Below, piece by piece: positions 28,073 through 41,600 of a stretch of 64,000 nucleotides of DNA; the first letter of the stretch is position 1, and every line of letters begins with the position of its first letter. Below the pieces are notes generated by a model, which saw only the letters and a program-made list of their open reading frames with translations, was not told where the DNA came from and did not search any database. This stretch comes from Takakia lepidozioides. Lineage: Eukaryota; Plantae; Bryophyta. The position numbers and the translations under genes are program-made. The stretch spans positions 59,954,001 through 60,018,000 of the forward strand of contig CM060732.1 of NCBI GenBank assembly GCA_030704615.1, in the 5' to 3' direction.

Positions 28073-30550
28073 TCACTCACTTGCGTCGTCACTATCATAC
28101 GATGAAACAAGAGCAGCAAGCCCACCATCACTGGCATCCAAGTTAGATGGTTGTATGGAGCTAACATCTGCAGATGCTGGATGCAAACCTTCTTCGCCCA
28201 CTGACTTACTACGGTCTTCGGCAGATATAAGGGCCACCACAACTTTTGGTTTGATGGAGAAGGCCACTTGCTTTGGCCTGATTGCAAATGCGGCAACTGT
28301 TGTCTTTGTCTCAACCTTTCTATTTCGACCTGCTGCTACAGTAAATACCAGTACCCAGTTAGAATAAAGAACTCTTCGTGTTCCAGCAACTGCAGATTCA
28401 AGCAAATTAAAGGAAATCTCAGTGGGCTGTACCTTTTGCTTCTGTTTCGGGAATGCGGTCGACCAGAACAGCAGCTGCTTGGGATGGTCCTCTCCCTAAT
28501 TCATCGATAGTTTCCGCTGGCTCCCCTTCTACTTTCCTCCACTGCACAACCACATTCCTGAATTAAGTATTCCATCTCTCCCTTACACTCTCTGTTCCCT
28601 GACAATTGACTGACAGTGTAACTACAGTCGCAAATGTCACATGTCTACTGCCTGTAGACTACATTCGTAAAGGAAACAGTATCTAGATTTCATGGTATGC
28701 TTTCTAGTATGATGACAATGCCACCCCAGTAATCTCTAATTCCTGTAATAATATATCACAAACAGAAACACCAAAGAGAAGATACCAATGATGGTTTACC
28801 TTGGCTACATGTCCATCATGTTTAGCCCTCAACACAGGCAGTTGTTTAATGTCTTCATCCAACCCATCATCATCCTCCAAATCATCATCATCCAACCGAC
28901 GTATAAAGTTTTGAGAGTTCTGTTCCAAAAGAGAGACAACAAAGACCGTGGTAGGTTATCAAACCAATCATAATCCTCCTAATCTTCGTCATCAACTAAC
29001 CAGAAGTTTTTGGGAGATCTGGCCAAAAAACCAGAGAGAGTGTGCTAGACACAAAGTTCAAATCAGTTTTAGACAGACAATCAGGCAAAAAGGTTCCAAT
29101 GTTCACGTAAGAAGTAGTCCACATAAGAAACACATTCTGTGTTGGATTAGTGATGGCATGCTAGTAACCCACCTGAAAAACAACGGACCGCAAAACAGCT
29201 TCATCTTCCTCAGCCAGCTCCTTTTCCTGGAGCACATAAGACTCCAGTTAAGACTGGTCGACTCACTAATAAAACACGACAGCAATCTCAAGTACAGTCT
29301 GCGGATTTGATTTCTAGGATTATGCATGCATGGTGGCAGGAGTCGACTCCTGATATCTGCAAAAGAATGACTGGAAATCTGTTCAAACCGTGAACTTGAA
29401 AGTGGACACACCTTAACCTCAGCAGTGCGCCGAAGAGCCTGCATCATATCGTCAACCCCCACCATTGCATGTCGTGCCTGGCAGCATTCCAAGCCAAACT
29501 CAAGTATTTCAGGAAAACGGAAAAATTCAAGGGTGCACTTACTCATGTGAGGAAAGTTGACAGAAACACTGCATAGTGTAAGACTGAACCACACATAAGA
29601 TAAACCGAACTACACAAAAACAATACACACCTTACCCGCATTGATTTCATTTCATCAAGTGCTGCAAGAATGTCCATCTCTTGTTTGGAGTCAATAGTCC
29701 GATTCTCCAGCTGCTTCATGGCATCACCCAACTCCTCCGTATCTCTCTGCTTCTTTGCCTCATCCGTAGCCTGTTGAAAATAGAGCCATTCAGCACAAAA
29801 ACACGAAAGCTGCATGTGCACGAAAGCTACATGTTTGAGGATGAACATCTTCATCTGTGGAATTCACCCATGCTGCTGGGAAGATATTCCTTAGCACATG
29901 CCATAGCAGAATGGCATTCCTTCTGGCGTAATTACTAACATTTAATTAACATGCAACGTCCAACTGCACTAGTTGGAGTTCTAACTGAAACCCTATAATA
30001 TGACAAGTATAACCCTATTGGTGCCAGTGAAATGGAGGACATTTTTTTCGGAATCCAACGTGAATCAGCAGATCTTGCATGAGATCGGAAGGAAATTCCC
30101 ACCTCGTCCGTAGCTCGCCAAGGTTCATAATTCCGAGAGGCACCGGATTCCATGATGTAATCGCTGTTCTGAGGGTCAGTCTTCATTGTCAACTCCGCCG
30201 AACATCGGCTGCACTTGAAATAAAACCGGAAAATTTGAATTCCAAGGTAGGTCTGCATCAAATCGACACACCTGTGTCAGCGGGAAGAAATTTCAGCACA
30301 CTGGACAACTGCAACAAATCTGCCAAACCTGCATCCCTTAACATATCCTCACCTCATCGACGCAATCCTCCTTCCTGGAGTTGAACTTGGTCCCCTTATA
30401 GATGTAATTCCCGCAGGTGTTGCAGCGGATGCTCATGGGAAGCATCATGCGCACTTTTATCTGTTGATTCTTGGGCTGCTTGCGCCGCGGGATCTTGGCC
30501 GGATCAAAATCCGGAGGGTAGTACTTGTTGAGAACCTTCCGCTCTCCCAT
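28073..30550 (-). CDS. YJU2: Splicing factor YJU2/CCDC94 (CWC16 family), multi-exon
   Basis: [22 protein letters not shown]...[29 protein letters not shown]; [16 protein letters not shown]...[20 protein letters not shown]; [28 protein letters not shown]; C-terminal [12 protein letters not shown]. Confidence 0.95.
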
Positions 30551-30618
30551 CGCTCCCCTGTCTCTCCTCCTCTAACCTCTCCCTCTCTTCCTGCTCAACC
30601 TCTCTCTTCTCCGATCCC

Positions 30619-30619
<1 letters not shown>

Positions 30620-30659
<40 letters not shown>

Positions 30660-30830
30660 CCTCCCTCTCACTCTTGCTCAACCCCTCCTCTGTTACTCTC
30701 CCTAATCTCTTAATCCCTAATCTCCTAATCCCCAATCCCTAATCCCTAACCCTAAATCTCCCCTATACAATCCTCCCACAATCTCTCTGTCTCTCGTCCA
30801 GTCCTAATAACTCTCTAGGGTTAGGGCGCA
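30620..30830. promoter_or_regulatory. (CT)n microsatellite and telo-box-like CCCTAA repeats upstream of YJU2
   Basis: (CT)n run ~30622-30655, imperfect CCCTAAT/CCCTAAA tandem 30699-30760 and TAGGGTTAGGG ~30816, directly 5' of the YJU2 ATG. Regulatory role is inferred. Confidence 0.5.
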
Positions 30831-33800
30831 GGAGACAACTTCAAATTCTAGCACTTGTAGAGCACTGAGTGCCATCTAGGTGATGTTGGGTTCAAATCCT
30901 GCTACCAGGTTGTGAATCTACGTGCTGAATCTACTATTCCGGTTTTCTTGACCACAGGATTGCATTGAAAAAGTGGGGAAGGGCCGTGAAGGCTTACGGT
31001 CTAGGTTGGGAATGCTTTGAGAAGAAAAAGATACCTATTCCACATATTTTAGGAAAATCCAAAAAATCTATTACGATAGAATGAGATCGAGCAGACTAAG
31101 CTTACCCCCCCAGTACGATCGAATGCAAGCGTGGTCGCCTCGCCGGTACGGTCGCCAAGGATGGCCGTACCGGCGACGTCCCGGCAGGGCGCACTGTCAA
31201 ATCCCCACCCCCCTTGCTCCCCTCTCACCTGCGAGCCTATATTTATTCTAACGACGACTGAAGGTCGGAAGCTAGTTTAGCGTAGAGTAGGTATAGGGTG
31301 CCATAGTGCCAAGTCATATTCGTAACCGCGACTGAGCTTGTGAAGGCCGTTACTATGTAACGTATGACGAAACGTGGCGACGATGAAAGGCATAAGGTGC
31401 TCAAATCATCCATCAGGGCGCGGATCATGAAGCAAGTTATCACCCGACACCTGTTTTTTTAATTTATTTTTTAATGTAAGGGAAACACCTAGGAGCGACA
31501 GCTCACAAATCAGGTCTCTTAATAGTGAGAAGAGAAAAAAACCTCTTTCACAGTAACCGCGTCATGTGGCGTTGGAATGGGACACCACCCAGGAACATAC
31601 CATACCCGTCAGTAGCAAGATTTGACCCCCATAATCATCTGGGTGGCACTTAGTGCACTTCACCAACTGAGCTACTGACTGTTGGTATTTCTCCCTGAAA
31701 TGTTGTCTCGGGTATCGTGGATATGGTGATGACCCCACAAAAAATATCCTCCAATATTACGCCAACCAACAATGTCTTGTGCAACCGAAGTTCAGCTGTA
31801 CTTCTCCAAGAACTAGTGGCCTTACATACTTTCAATGAATCGCGAAGATGATAAATTACTCGTATGCTCTGTATGAATTACTTTCAAAACATAATGTCCA
31901 AGTAATTGACCCTAGAGTAAGATGCTGAAAGTATCCAATTGGGGAGTAAGTATGTGGCTCGTATGCTTTTGGAGAGTGGCTCGGTGACGAGTACGTTGAT
32001 GGAGAGAGTGACGTTTTTTGTGAAATCTTCAAGAAAATAGTGTCGGGTGACCAGTCGAGGTTCATCTGTGACGGGCTGTGGTACTTCTGACGATTTACTG
32101 TAAAGCACTCGTAAACTGTTCTCCAACTGAATAACCACCAACTAACTGATTGGAGCATTCACAACCAATGTCAACAATCTTATTTACTGCTAGATGTTTG
32201 ATGCTATTGTTGTTCCTGTAGCTGAATTGTATAGTAGTCGTTTTGCTACCATTCGAACAGTATCAGGTCCCCAAAGACTGTCATATTCAGACTCCCATAT
32301 CAACCACGGCCCACCATCATTGACCAATATAAAACCATCAGCTGCATGTCAGCTGAGAACTAGATCTTCCATTCATTGTATGCGACTCCAAAGAAACACC
32401 CTATCCCACAAGTAATTGGACAACAGCTTGAGATATTTCTCTGGGCTAGGATTGAATGAACTGGAGATTTCATTCTTAGCTGATGGTTTCATGTAGGTGG
32501 TGCCTGATACCGATTTCGGAATATGGCAGTCTCAGTGGACCTGATGTTGTGGAATGGGAATAGCAAAAAGACTCATGTAGAAATCAACTACATGAACAAA
32601 GACAATATCAAACACCTTGAAGTACATATAATTGTTGAGATTGTTTGCGACGGTGTTCCTCCTTTGGCGTCCCGTCCACATGAAAACGACAAAGAATGAC
32701 GCTGGAGATTGACTTCAATTGCTAACATTCTGCCTCCTGCAATGATGGATATCAGAAATGTCAGCTCTTAGAAAAACACGCGTGATCGCGCGATGTTAAT
32801 CGTTGGAGTTCCTCAAAAGAATAATGAATCTCCAAACGAAGGATATAGGAACCAAAAAATACACCACGAGGTTGCTGTCAATTGTTAGAGATCGGATTAT
32901 ACAAGCAAGGAAAATGGCTTCAAACAACTTAAAGACTAGGATTTTAAGATACTTGAACAATCCGGCAAGGGAACAAGTGACACCATCAGCCCGGATGATT
33001 TGAGTGAGTGTTATGAAACACATCAATCATCCAGGATGATGATGTGAAATATTCTGATACGGATTATGTGAATACCTTGAGTTCCCTCGCTGTAACGGAC
33101 ATGAAGTAACTCACTATGCCTGCATAATCCTCACAGCTTCAAATGACAGCATTTTCATTGTTGATTGCGTGAGCATATAAAAAACATCACTCCGACCAAT
33201 GATAAGTGGCACTGTTGAGGTAATATAACACTGAGACAGTCGGCTGGAGAACCAGGACGATGATGAAGTCCGCTTTTCCAACCACACGTGATTGCGCGAC
33301 GGATCTCTGCCTCTACCACCATTGAAAACCACAACGAGCGGAGTGCATCCCGATTTCAATCAACCACGATGGTGCTGTCAGTTCGTCAGGGAAGGAATTT
33401 CGAAGCCGCTAAAATTACTTCAATCCATTTGAAGAGAGGTTTTAACAGAGCTTCACAATCCGCACATAAACAAATGAGACGACCATCGTGGGTGCTTGAA
33501 CCCGAATTCAGTCGTAGACGATGATCGTGTCACTTGGTCCCCATCGTAATATACATCGTAAAATTCCTTTTTTTTTAAATATTATGAAATAATTTTGAAA
33601 GTCTCGACAGTACGTTTCGCACGACCTAACAGCAGCTTCGGTCTGGATTGAGTATACAACGAACTCCTCCAGCCTCCAGCCTGATCTGTTATTGCCTCCA
33701 CTGACAATGAAGTCATCCTATTTTGATAACATTTGATGGCACTGATGTTCCATGCCAGCTCGACAAGAGGAGATATCAAAGAACCGCACGCGATCGCGCA

Positions 33801-34350
33801 TGGTTTGTCTGAAACTTCGATGACCAACATTAAGGGCCACATGGGCTTGCAGAACATTGATAGTGTTACATAAAGAATGTGTGTAATGAACAGATCGGCC
33901 ATAGTTTAATTCATCAATAATATAGAGTTGCTTCCCAAACGGCTCACACTCAAGGCATATGTGTGAGATCGCTGTCGGTTACCACTGATAGCAGAACTTT
34001 GTGCACCCGAGGAGATGGATACAGTTGGAGATTGATATAAGATATGACCAGACACCTCACTGGTGGCTGTACTTGACGAACATAAAGCCTCGCGGTCCCT
34101 CTGCTTAGCCTTCCGCTGCCGTTCTTCTTTCTTCTCCTGTCGAATTTGATTCTGAACTTGACACTGGAATATAACTGTGTGGAAACAGCACAGAAGGGAA
34201 TTGTTAAAGAAAATACAAAGATAATTGAAATATCATTGATATCACAAAAGTCATGTGAAGTCAACATACGTATAAGTACAAATGGAGGTTAAAGTAAAAC
34301 TGATGGACTACACACAAAATAGGGCAATATTAAACTACCTACCCAGATAA

Positions 34351-35157
34351 TCAGGTTCTTTTGCGCGGTGGGTGCCAAACAGAAGCATCAATAAATCTTC
34401 CAAACCAGGACCAGTAGACGTGATTTCGATCTATCAGTGGGCCGAAAGATTTGCAGGAGTTCTTGCTAACATAATCAACAACGGACTGGGGTCCAATCAA
34501 GCCCAAGAGAAAAAACCACAATGTTTTGGTGAGATCAACCAAATCTTCCTCATTGCTTGATTCCTTTAATGTGATTGGAAAGACTCCAGTATTCACTGGG
34601 TTTCGGAGTGCCTTGGATGGGTTATCATCGACCAGTAGAATTTGTCCCTGCCTAGCAAATTCTTTCTCACTAAATTTTACGAGAATACTCTTAATATCTT
34701 TAATAAGATATTTCATTCCAGGCTAAATATGTCCAGCTGTATCTGTGCAATGCTCGGTAGACCAAATGAAACAAATTTGTTTCATAATTTCCGGAGGAAC
34801 AAAACACTCCAACATCTTGAATACAGTATCCCTTTCAGAGCAAGACCAAATCTCTACATGGAAATGAGTCAATGCAAGTCGAAGAAACTCCAGCACTCCA
34901 GGTCTTGGAACCACAAACGGTATTGCGGGCACCTGAATTGTTACTTTCCTCAAGTAGAACCTCTGTTTAAACAACTCACCTCCGGTAGGAGGTGGCCTGT
35001 AGCAAAGAAGTCCATTGACATTCAAGACCAGCAACATGCGCTTGTGTTTCCAGACATCACACATTTCTTGAATAACAACGTTCTGAACCATCCAAAAGAA
35101 CCCATTAGTTTTTGTTATCTGACCCAAAATTAAAATTATTTCCAATATATCTTGCAA
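34351..35157 (-). pseudogene. FCP1/SCP (NIF) HAD-phosphatase-like domain, copy 1
   Basis: LLVLNVNGLLC (DxDxT-position motif, degenerate), RPGVLEFLRLALTHFHVEIWS, FIWSTEHC, then YLIKDI...ILLVDDNPSKALRNP. Interrupted near 34720. Confidence 0.75.
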
Positions 35158-36636
35158 CTCAAAAAATGCTATGACATACTTGCGTTTTGTGGTATACCTA
35201 GTGTCTATATCCTGACTCCCAAATTATGTAATATTTTGCAAAGGAGGTCCTGACTCCTTCATTACGACATCAAATTGTGACTTGAGACAAACAAGCCCCT
35301 GAGTTGCCTACAATCACGCGCGATCGCGCGAGGTTCCTGTGTGTCAAGTTGTGTCGACACTGTAAATGATACATGTAATGATCACTAGGAAGCCAGAAAC
35401 AATAAGACAAAGGACCAAGTGAAGGAGATACTTATTACATTTGCTATATTTACCCTTCGATTTTGAGGCGGGTTCCCACTGGAGGCGGTGAATGTTGAAG
35501 GGATAAAGAACGCCAGATGTTGTTATTTCATCGTCGGACACGACCGCCGCTGACTGTTGTGAGCTGTGATGTTTCCTTGACAGAGGACCATCCGGAATTA
35601 TGGGAGGTTGGGAGTGTGCAGAAATATTTGTCGGTATTGTCGTGTGCTAACCTCAGTCGGCGAATGAGTGAGTTCAATAACCTTCTCGCTGACGGTTGAC
35701 AATGGAATTCGGTTTCTTTCTTTCTGCACATCATGAACCGAATTCAAACGGAAAAAAAAGATTACCTTGGAATACAACCCCACAGAAGTTGTCGTTTCAC
35801 AGGAAGGTCATACATTGCAGCTTTTTTGGCCTGGAATAAGGAAAGAAAATCAGATGATGAACGAAAACACGGTAACATAAAACGCATGGATGAAATAGAA
35901 TTAAATCACCTGACTTCTCAGCAGTTGAGGTGTCCAGCCCTCGTGATCCGGTGACCCGCTTGGAATTACGACATGATGAGGAGGCAGTTCAGCGACGGTA
36001 TCAACCAATGGAACCTGTTGTTCGGTAGACTCATGTAAATGCCCCATGACGGCGTCTGCAGGAAAGTGTTGGGATAAGGACGGCTCCAAAGATGATTCCT
36101 CAAGATCTTGAGAGTCTCTTTCCACTATGCAGCCAAGCCCTGTTAAATCATCGACCTTGCTAACGGTGGATTCACCATTTGACATTTTGAGCCTCGAAAC
36201 AACATCCGAAAACACTGATGGGATCTTTTTCCATAATAGCAATGATCTGATTAACAACAAGTTGTCAGGTCCTTGGAAAGCTTCTGGCCTGATCATTTCT
36301 ACATCGTCAACAATATCAGACGAACATGTTTCGCCAATTGGAGATGCATTTGTGGCGTGAAGAACATATTGATATGGGCATACCTGCAACTGAAATATAT
36401 GTCAACAAAGTAATAAATTTGAGTTGGAAGAATGCGTGATCACGCATGTTTCCAAAAGGAAATCGATGGACATAAAGGAACAATGAATCATCTGACCGTT
36501 GCTTATGGATGGGCAATATAACAATTTCCATTCAAAGCAGAAGAATATTATAAGAAGACTGAAATTCTAGGGTCTTGACAATCAATATAAAGTAGTAAAC
36601 TGTATCCACAACAGGTCGCGAATAGTTACTTATCAT

Positions 36637-37327
36637 TTACTCGAAAATCACGATATTCTGAACAATATAGTCAAGAAGAGGCATGAACTGTGGATTGTTA
36701 ACTTTGAAAGGTGGAAAGCCTATTCTCCTTGCTTTCAAGAAGCTCGAAACATTCTCAAATTTCAAGAAGCCAAACAAAAAATCGCTAAGTTTGCGAAGGA
36801 AGAAATCGTCGACGTCGATGTTCTCAAAAGACTTGAGATGAAGACTAGATTCAAGAGGGTTCAACAAGCACTTCAAAGCCGTATCATCAATCACCAGAGT
36901 GTTACTCTGATTGTAATAACCTTCAGAACTCTGCCATACTTAAGGAGTGGTTTCAGGAATACAGGAGGTTGTTCTTGTCCCGATCGGTAATTTGGGTGCA
37001 GATTGCTTGGGCAAATGATACAATCTACCTACGACATGATGAACGCTGGGCGTGGAAGACCACGTATGAGCAAATCCAGAACAACATTTAAGTTTTTAAG
37101 CATCATGCAGCTCCAGATACCTAAAATGAAGTGCTTGTGTAACTCTTGCCAAACTTCCCGGTACATTAAAGATTTGCCGATACCCAACAATAGCAGGAAT
37201 TTTGTAATCAGACTCCGAAAAACGTGGAGCAGGGCCTGTGTTCTGGCGCTTCATTATTTTGCCCAGCCCTCCATTAACGTCAAACATTATCAAGCGGGGT
37301 CCTGGTGGAGATCCAGGCTGTCGGATC
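36637..37327 (-). pseudogene. FCP1/SCP (NIF)-like domain, copy 2
   Basis: RLIMFDVNGGL near 37290; VIDDTALKCLLNP...HLKSF near 36890. Frameshifted. Confidence 0.6.
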
Positions 37328-37577
37328 TGTGAAAGATTGATAAAGACACTTAAATAAATCAAAGCAGGATAGAGTGGAGAAGAGCAGAACAACATATTCC
37401 ACCAACACCCCCGCATCCACAACATCCAACCCCCCTTCTCAGCCATTTACCCCACAACATGATGAACCTAGCAATGACCCACTTCAAACCCCAAGTCAAG
37501 TACCTAATCCGCCAGACACCCCTACCCCCCCAACCTACTCCCGTAGTAACCCCCCACACAACTCCGATAACCTTGAT

Positions 37578-37725
37578 GCCTACGTCATTGAAGCTATACT
37601 AGGAATGAAGACCCAAACATCAATTGACGCCTTTGGTGCCACCTCCGTCGATACATACTATCACTGCAAATGGGCTGGCTACTCCTCAGATGACAACACA
37701 TGGCAGACCGAGGATGATCTGTTCA
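37578..37725 (+). pseudogene. Chromodomain within the LINE ORF
   Basis: YVIEAILG...YYHCKWAGYSSDDNTWQTEDDL. The aromatic-cage positions Y, W, Y are retained. Confidence 0.85.
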
Positions 37726-37810
37726 ACAACACGACGAGTGTGATCCGACCTAACCTTGCCCTTCTCACCGCCTTTCATAAATGGACAAACACCGACTACT
37801 TAGCACACAT

Positions 37811-38610
37811 CACTACAACAGATCGCGGTAATTATGACTGCCAAACCGTGGTAGTCATGGTTTTCTTGACTTTGACCATGACTGCAACCATGTTTTTTAT
37901 AGAAATTGAACTCCCCCGCAGTTGTTCATACGACTGTACATATAAACGACTACCTAAGTAGTCGTCTGTATGCTACTACTGCTGGCTCCGGAATGGGCGG
38001 AAGGCTGGTCACTGACAATTGACCAGATTTAGCTCACCACTGATAGTCATTTCCATAACTACAATGTACATGGATGAGGTTACATAGTCATGATGACTAC
38101 TGGGGATTTTGTAATTTGGTGTGTATAAACAATTAAAATACCATATGATCACATAAATGACTAATGGGTGTATTGGTTAGCAGGTAGTGAATTATAACTC
38201 TTATAGTATAGAGGTTGGAGGTTCAAACTCCTCTAAGTACTATCAAATGGATAAGATGACCCTAGGGTTAGTAGGTGAGCTAGAGATAGAACGTGGCACC
38301 TTAGATAGGCTGCCACGTGGTTTTTTTTCATTATTATAAAATATAATATGCCACGTGGCACAACGCGGTACGACGCGACATTTTTTTTTTAATTGTTTTG
38401 AAAAGAACAAAATAATCAATTGCGCCTCGCCACTTGGCGGCGTAGCGGCGACTACAGTATGGTATATATGACTGTAGTCATCCGAACCGTACCATCCTGT
38501 ACTCATTGTATTCACTTGGTTTGCATGACTATATCATAGAAATCATATGTCCCGTTTATGACTGCAGAATAGTCATATATACAGTCTAAATATCGCGATC
38601 TGTTTTAGTG
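37811..38610. mobile_element. Non-autonomous CACTA element (800 bp)
   Basis: TIRs CACTACAACAGATCGCGGTA / TATCGCGATCTGTTTTAGTG; 3-bp TSD CAT; many subterminal ATGACT/AGTCAT motifs. Confidence 0.92.
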
Positions 38611-41600
38611 CATCCATCAACAACACACTACCCCCACCCAACCTATAGACAACCGATATATTCACAAGCCAATTGATCCCATATGTGCAAATCGATATAA
38701 CTGAATGAAACCCGGACAAAGATATCAAACATGATCATCCATTCATCCATATCGGCCCTCGCCTTTGCAATATCTACGCCCAACATGGCCGCTTCATTGG
38801 ACTCATCCCTAACAATAGGTTAAAATGGCTCTGGAGAAGATACTCCGCTCCACACTAAACACACCACCCGCCACTCTTCAACCCTGACAACAAGCGTCGC
38901 GTTACCGAGCTATACTGGGCTCGTAAGACTTCGCTACCGAGCTACCGACTATACTGGCTCGTTGACCGCTACCTTAAAGACACCCCCCCCAAGAAACCAA
39001 GATCCATCACCAAACTAGGAGGAGCATGCGCGCACCACGTCCTGCACCAAGATATTCTCACCTTATTTATCAACACATTCCAGCTCACTCATTTATACTA
39101 CTCAAGCCCACTGACATGCCCTATGGAACTTCTTACATTCTCCAGTCCACACCACCGGGACTGTGTCTTTGGAGCCACAGGCAACGCTACCCAGCACACC
39201 TGGACAGCCCGGGGCTTTGCCCACCCCCCCCCTCGGCCCCCTCACACACAAAGCTCTTAAATGGGCAAAATTAGCAGCACACTCATCCCCTTCCACTTCC
39301 ACCATCCTCATCCACACAACAAAATGCCTCTTGCCCCTCTCACCCCCTGCTACGTCTCCCGCCAGAAGTCAATCGCTACAATAGACCCAAACCAGCTTAA
39401 ATATGTCCACACCCCCCCTCTCCCCAAATACCTCAACCAGAAGGAACCAACACTAACCCTTATCTTACAGGTACAGCACCCCCTCAACACAAATGTCCCG
39501 ACCCTCTTCATGCAACAGCTAGAACAATTACTCACCATCAAACATAAATTAACAGCTATTATCCATCACCCACCTCACCTCCCCTACACCACAACACCCG
39601 TCACCCTCTCTCGGGCCAAACCAAACAAAGCCTGGAGCATAGCGGTCCCCCCCCCCCCCCCCCCCCCCCCAAAGATTACACCCACAATACCCCCTCCCCC
39701 AATCCCCCTAGTTTATCAACAAAACACCACCCCCAAATATCCCCTCATCAACTCGCACTACACTGACAGTTCCCTCACCCAACCCGATGCGGACTATGGT
39801 ATTTATCATGCAAGAACAAGGCAAGGGGTTGCCCTCCGGCTACCTGGTCAGGCTACGATCCTAAGGGCCAAACTGATGGCCATATATGATGCCCTCCTCC
39901 TGCTAGACTCCTTCCCTACTTCATCTTCACAAATAGCCTCACCTCCCTATTTCTTATCCGCAACCATATATCCCGTCCTTCTTCCCATCATCATCACCCT
40001 GATTGCAATCTCATTACAGCCATTGTTAACACTGCTATAACTATAAGACACCCAATCCAATTCCTCAAAGTCCGCTCCCACACTGGCATCCAAGGTAATG
40101 AGGAAGCGGATCTACTCGCCCAACTTGGCGTCACTAAACCCAATGTCTACCCCACGGATGACCCTATCCACATTGCCCACACTCACCCATTCTGGTTTAT
40201 TCACCCCGTCCCATACCCCCCTACACCCCGACCAATACGTAATCTCTTACCCACTCTCACCCGTGAAGCCAATAAACAAGTTGCTGACTCAATTAGCCAT
40301 ACAAAGGTCCATATTAAAAAATGGACCAAATCCAAAGTGTTGCACCACAAACTCTCAAACCACTTCTGGCAAACCAAAGCTACCACTGATGCGCAAATCC
40401 GTCAAACACTCAAGTTCAGATACGCACAGTACATGGATCATCAACGTAAGCATATTTTCTGGCCACGACTCTACCCATCACCATACTGCCCCCTGTGCTC
40501 AACGACACATCACGAATGGGATACCTGGCCCCACCTCCTTAGCCGATGCACACACCCGGTTATTCACGGCCTACATATTACCCGACACAACCATGCAGTA
40601 TGGCACCTGCATAAACTCTTCTCAAAACGTGCTGAGACACGTTGGTTCACGCTCATTAATGCTGGTACTTACGAGGGAAGACCACCAGACCACACTGTAC
40701 CGCCATGGTTGCTACCATGCACATGTACCCGATCACCATGTTCCTGCCCAGTTAGACTTTGCCCAGACATACTTATTATCCAAGGTCTACCCACTATTGC
40801 CCCAGCACCTGCCTCCCCGTCCCCACAACTTACCGTCCACTTCATCGAATTTACATTTTGCCATGATAGGTACCCTAACGACTCCATCCTTGAGAAATGA
40901 CAAAAATATATCCCCCTCATCCTGGCAATTCGACAGCAGGGTTGGGCAACAAGCCCACTCACCGTTGTCACTGCCGGAACAAGGGGCGGCATCCACAACG
41001 CCAACATCAATGATATACATAATAACTTCAAAATTCCCCACAGCCCCATCCATAAATGCTTCTAGGAAATCCACCTCACAACACTCCCTTCCCTCCCAGC
41101 TATCATCACCAACAAACGCCAACTCGAGTCTAGTTCTTCTAACGCGCCTCCGGCTATCTGGTGTCCCTCATGACACTCTCTCTTTAGTTATATAATATAT
41201 ATTTATAGGGCCCATCCCCGAAAGGGGGCAGTAGCCACTAGAAGCATTTGTGTCATTTACCACTGAGGTAACGACTCATTTTGAGTCGTAAAAGTCAAAA
41301 AACTGGGATCGACTGGAAGTTACAAACGACTAGTTACAACAGACGTGGTAGTTGGGTTGGACATCCAATGATTGGAGTGGTAAAGGACGCAGACGCGCGA
41401 ACAACTGCTCAACGATTAATGCGATTAATGCTGAAGAACCACGTGGCGTAACCAGGCAAGCCGCCCGTGTGTCTGACCTTTTGGGTTGACTTTGACTTTT
41501 CCCTCCGGATGAGTGGACCGACTCACCGAAGCGCGGTGACACATGGACGTAGACGTGGACGACGATGTGGACGCCGACGTGGCGGCGCCACGACGAGCAG

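Noticed and set aside
30699-30760. True telomere or chromosome-fusion site
   Set aside because: Short and imperfect, in a promoter/5'UTR position; better explained as telo-box-like repeats.
30849-30905. tRNA gene
   Set aside because: Box A/B-like motifs only; no acceptor or anticodon stems could be formed.
33780-34100. SWIM zinc-finger gene
   Set aside because: HILYV and upstream residues are suggestive, but the CxC...CxH ligands could not be read.
40098-41195. 365-aa ORF
   Set aside because: Alternate frame over the LINE RLE region in C/A-rich sequence; the motifs lie in the 40337-40900 frame.
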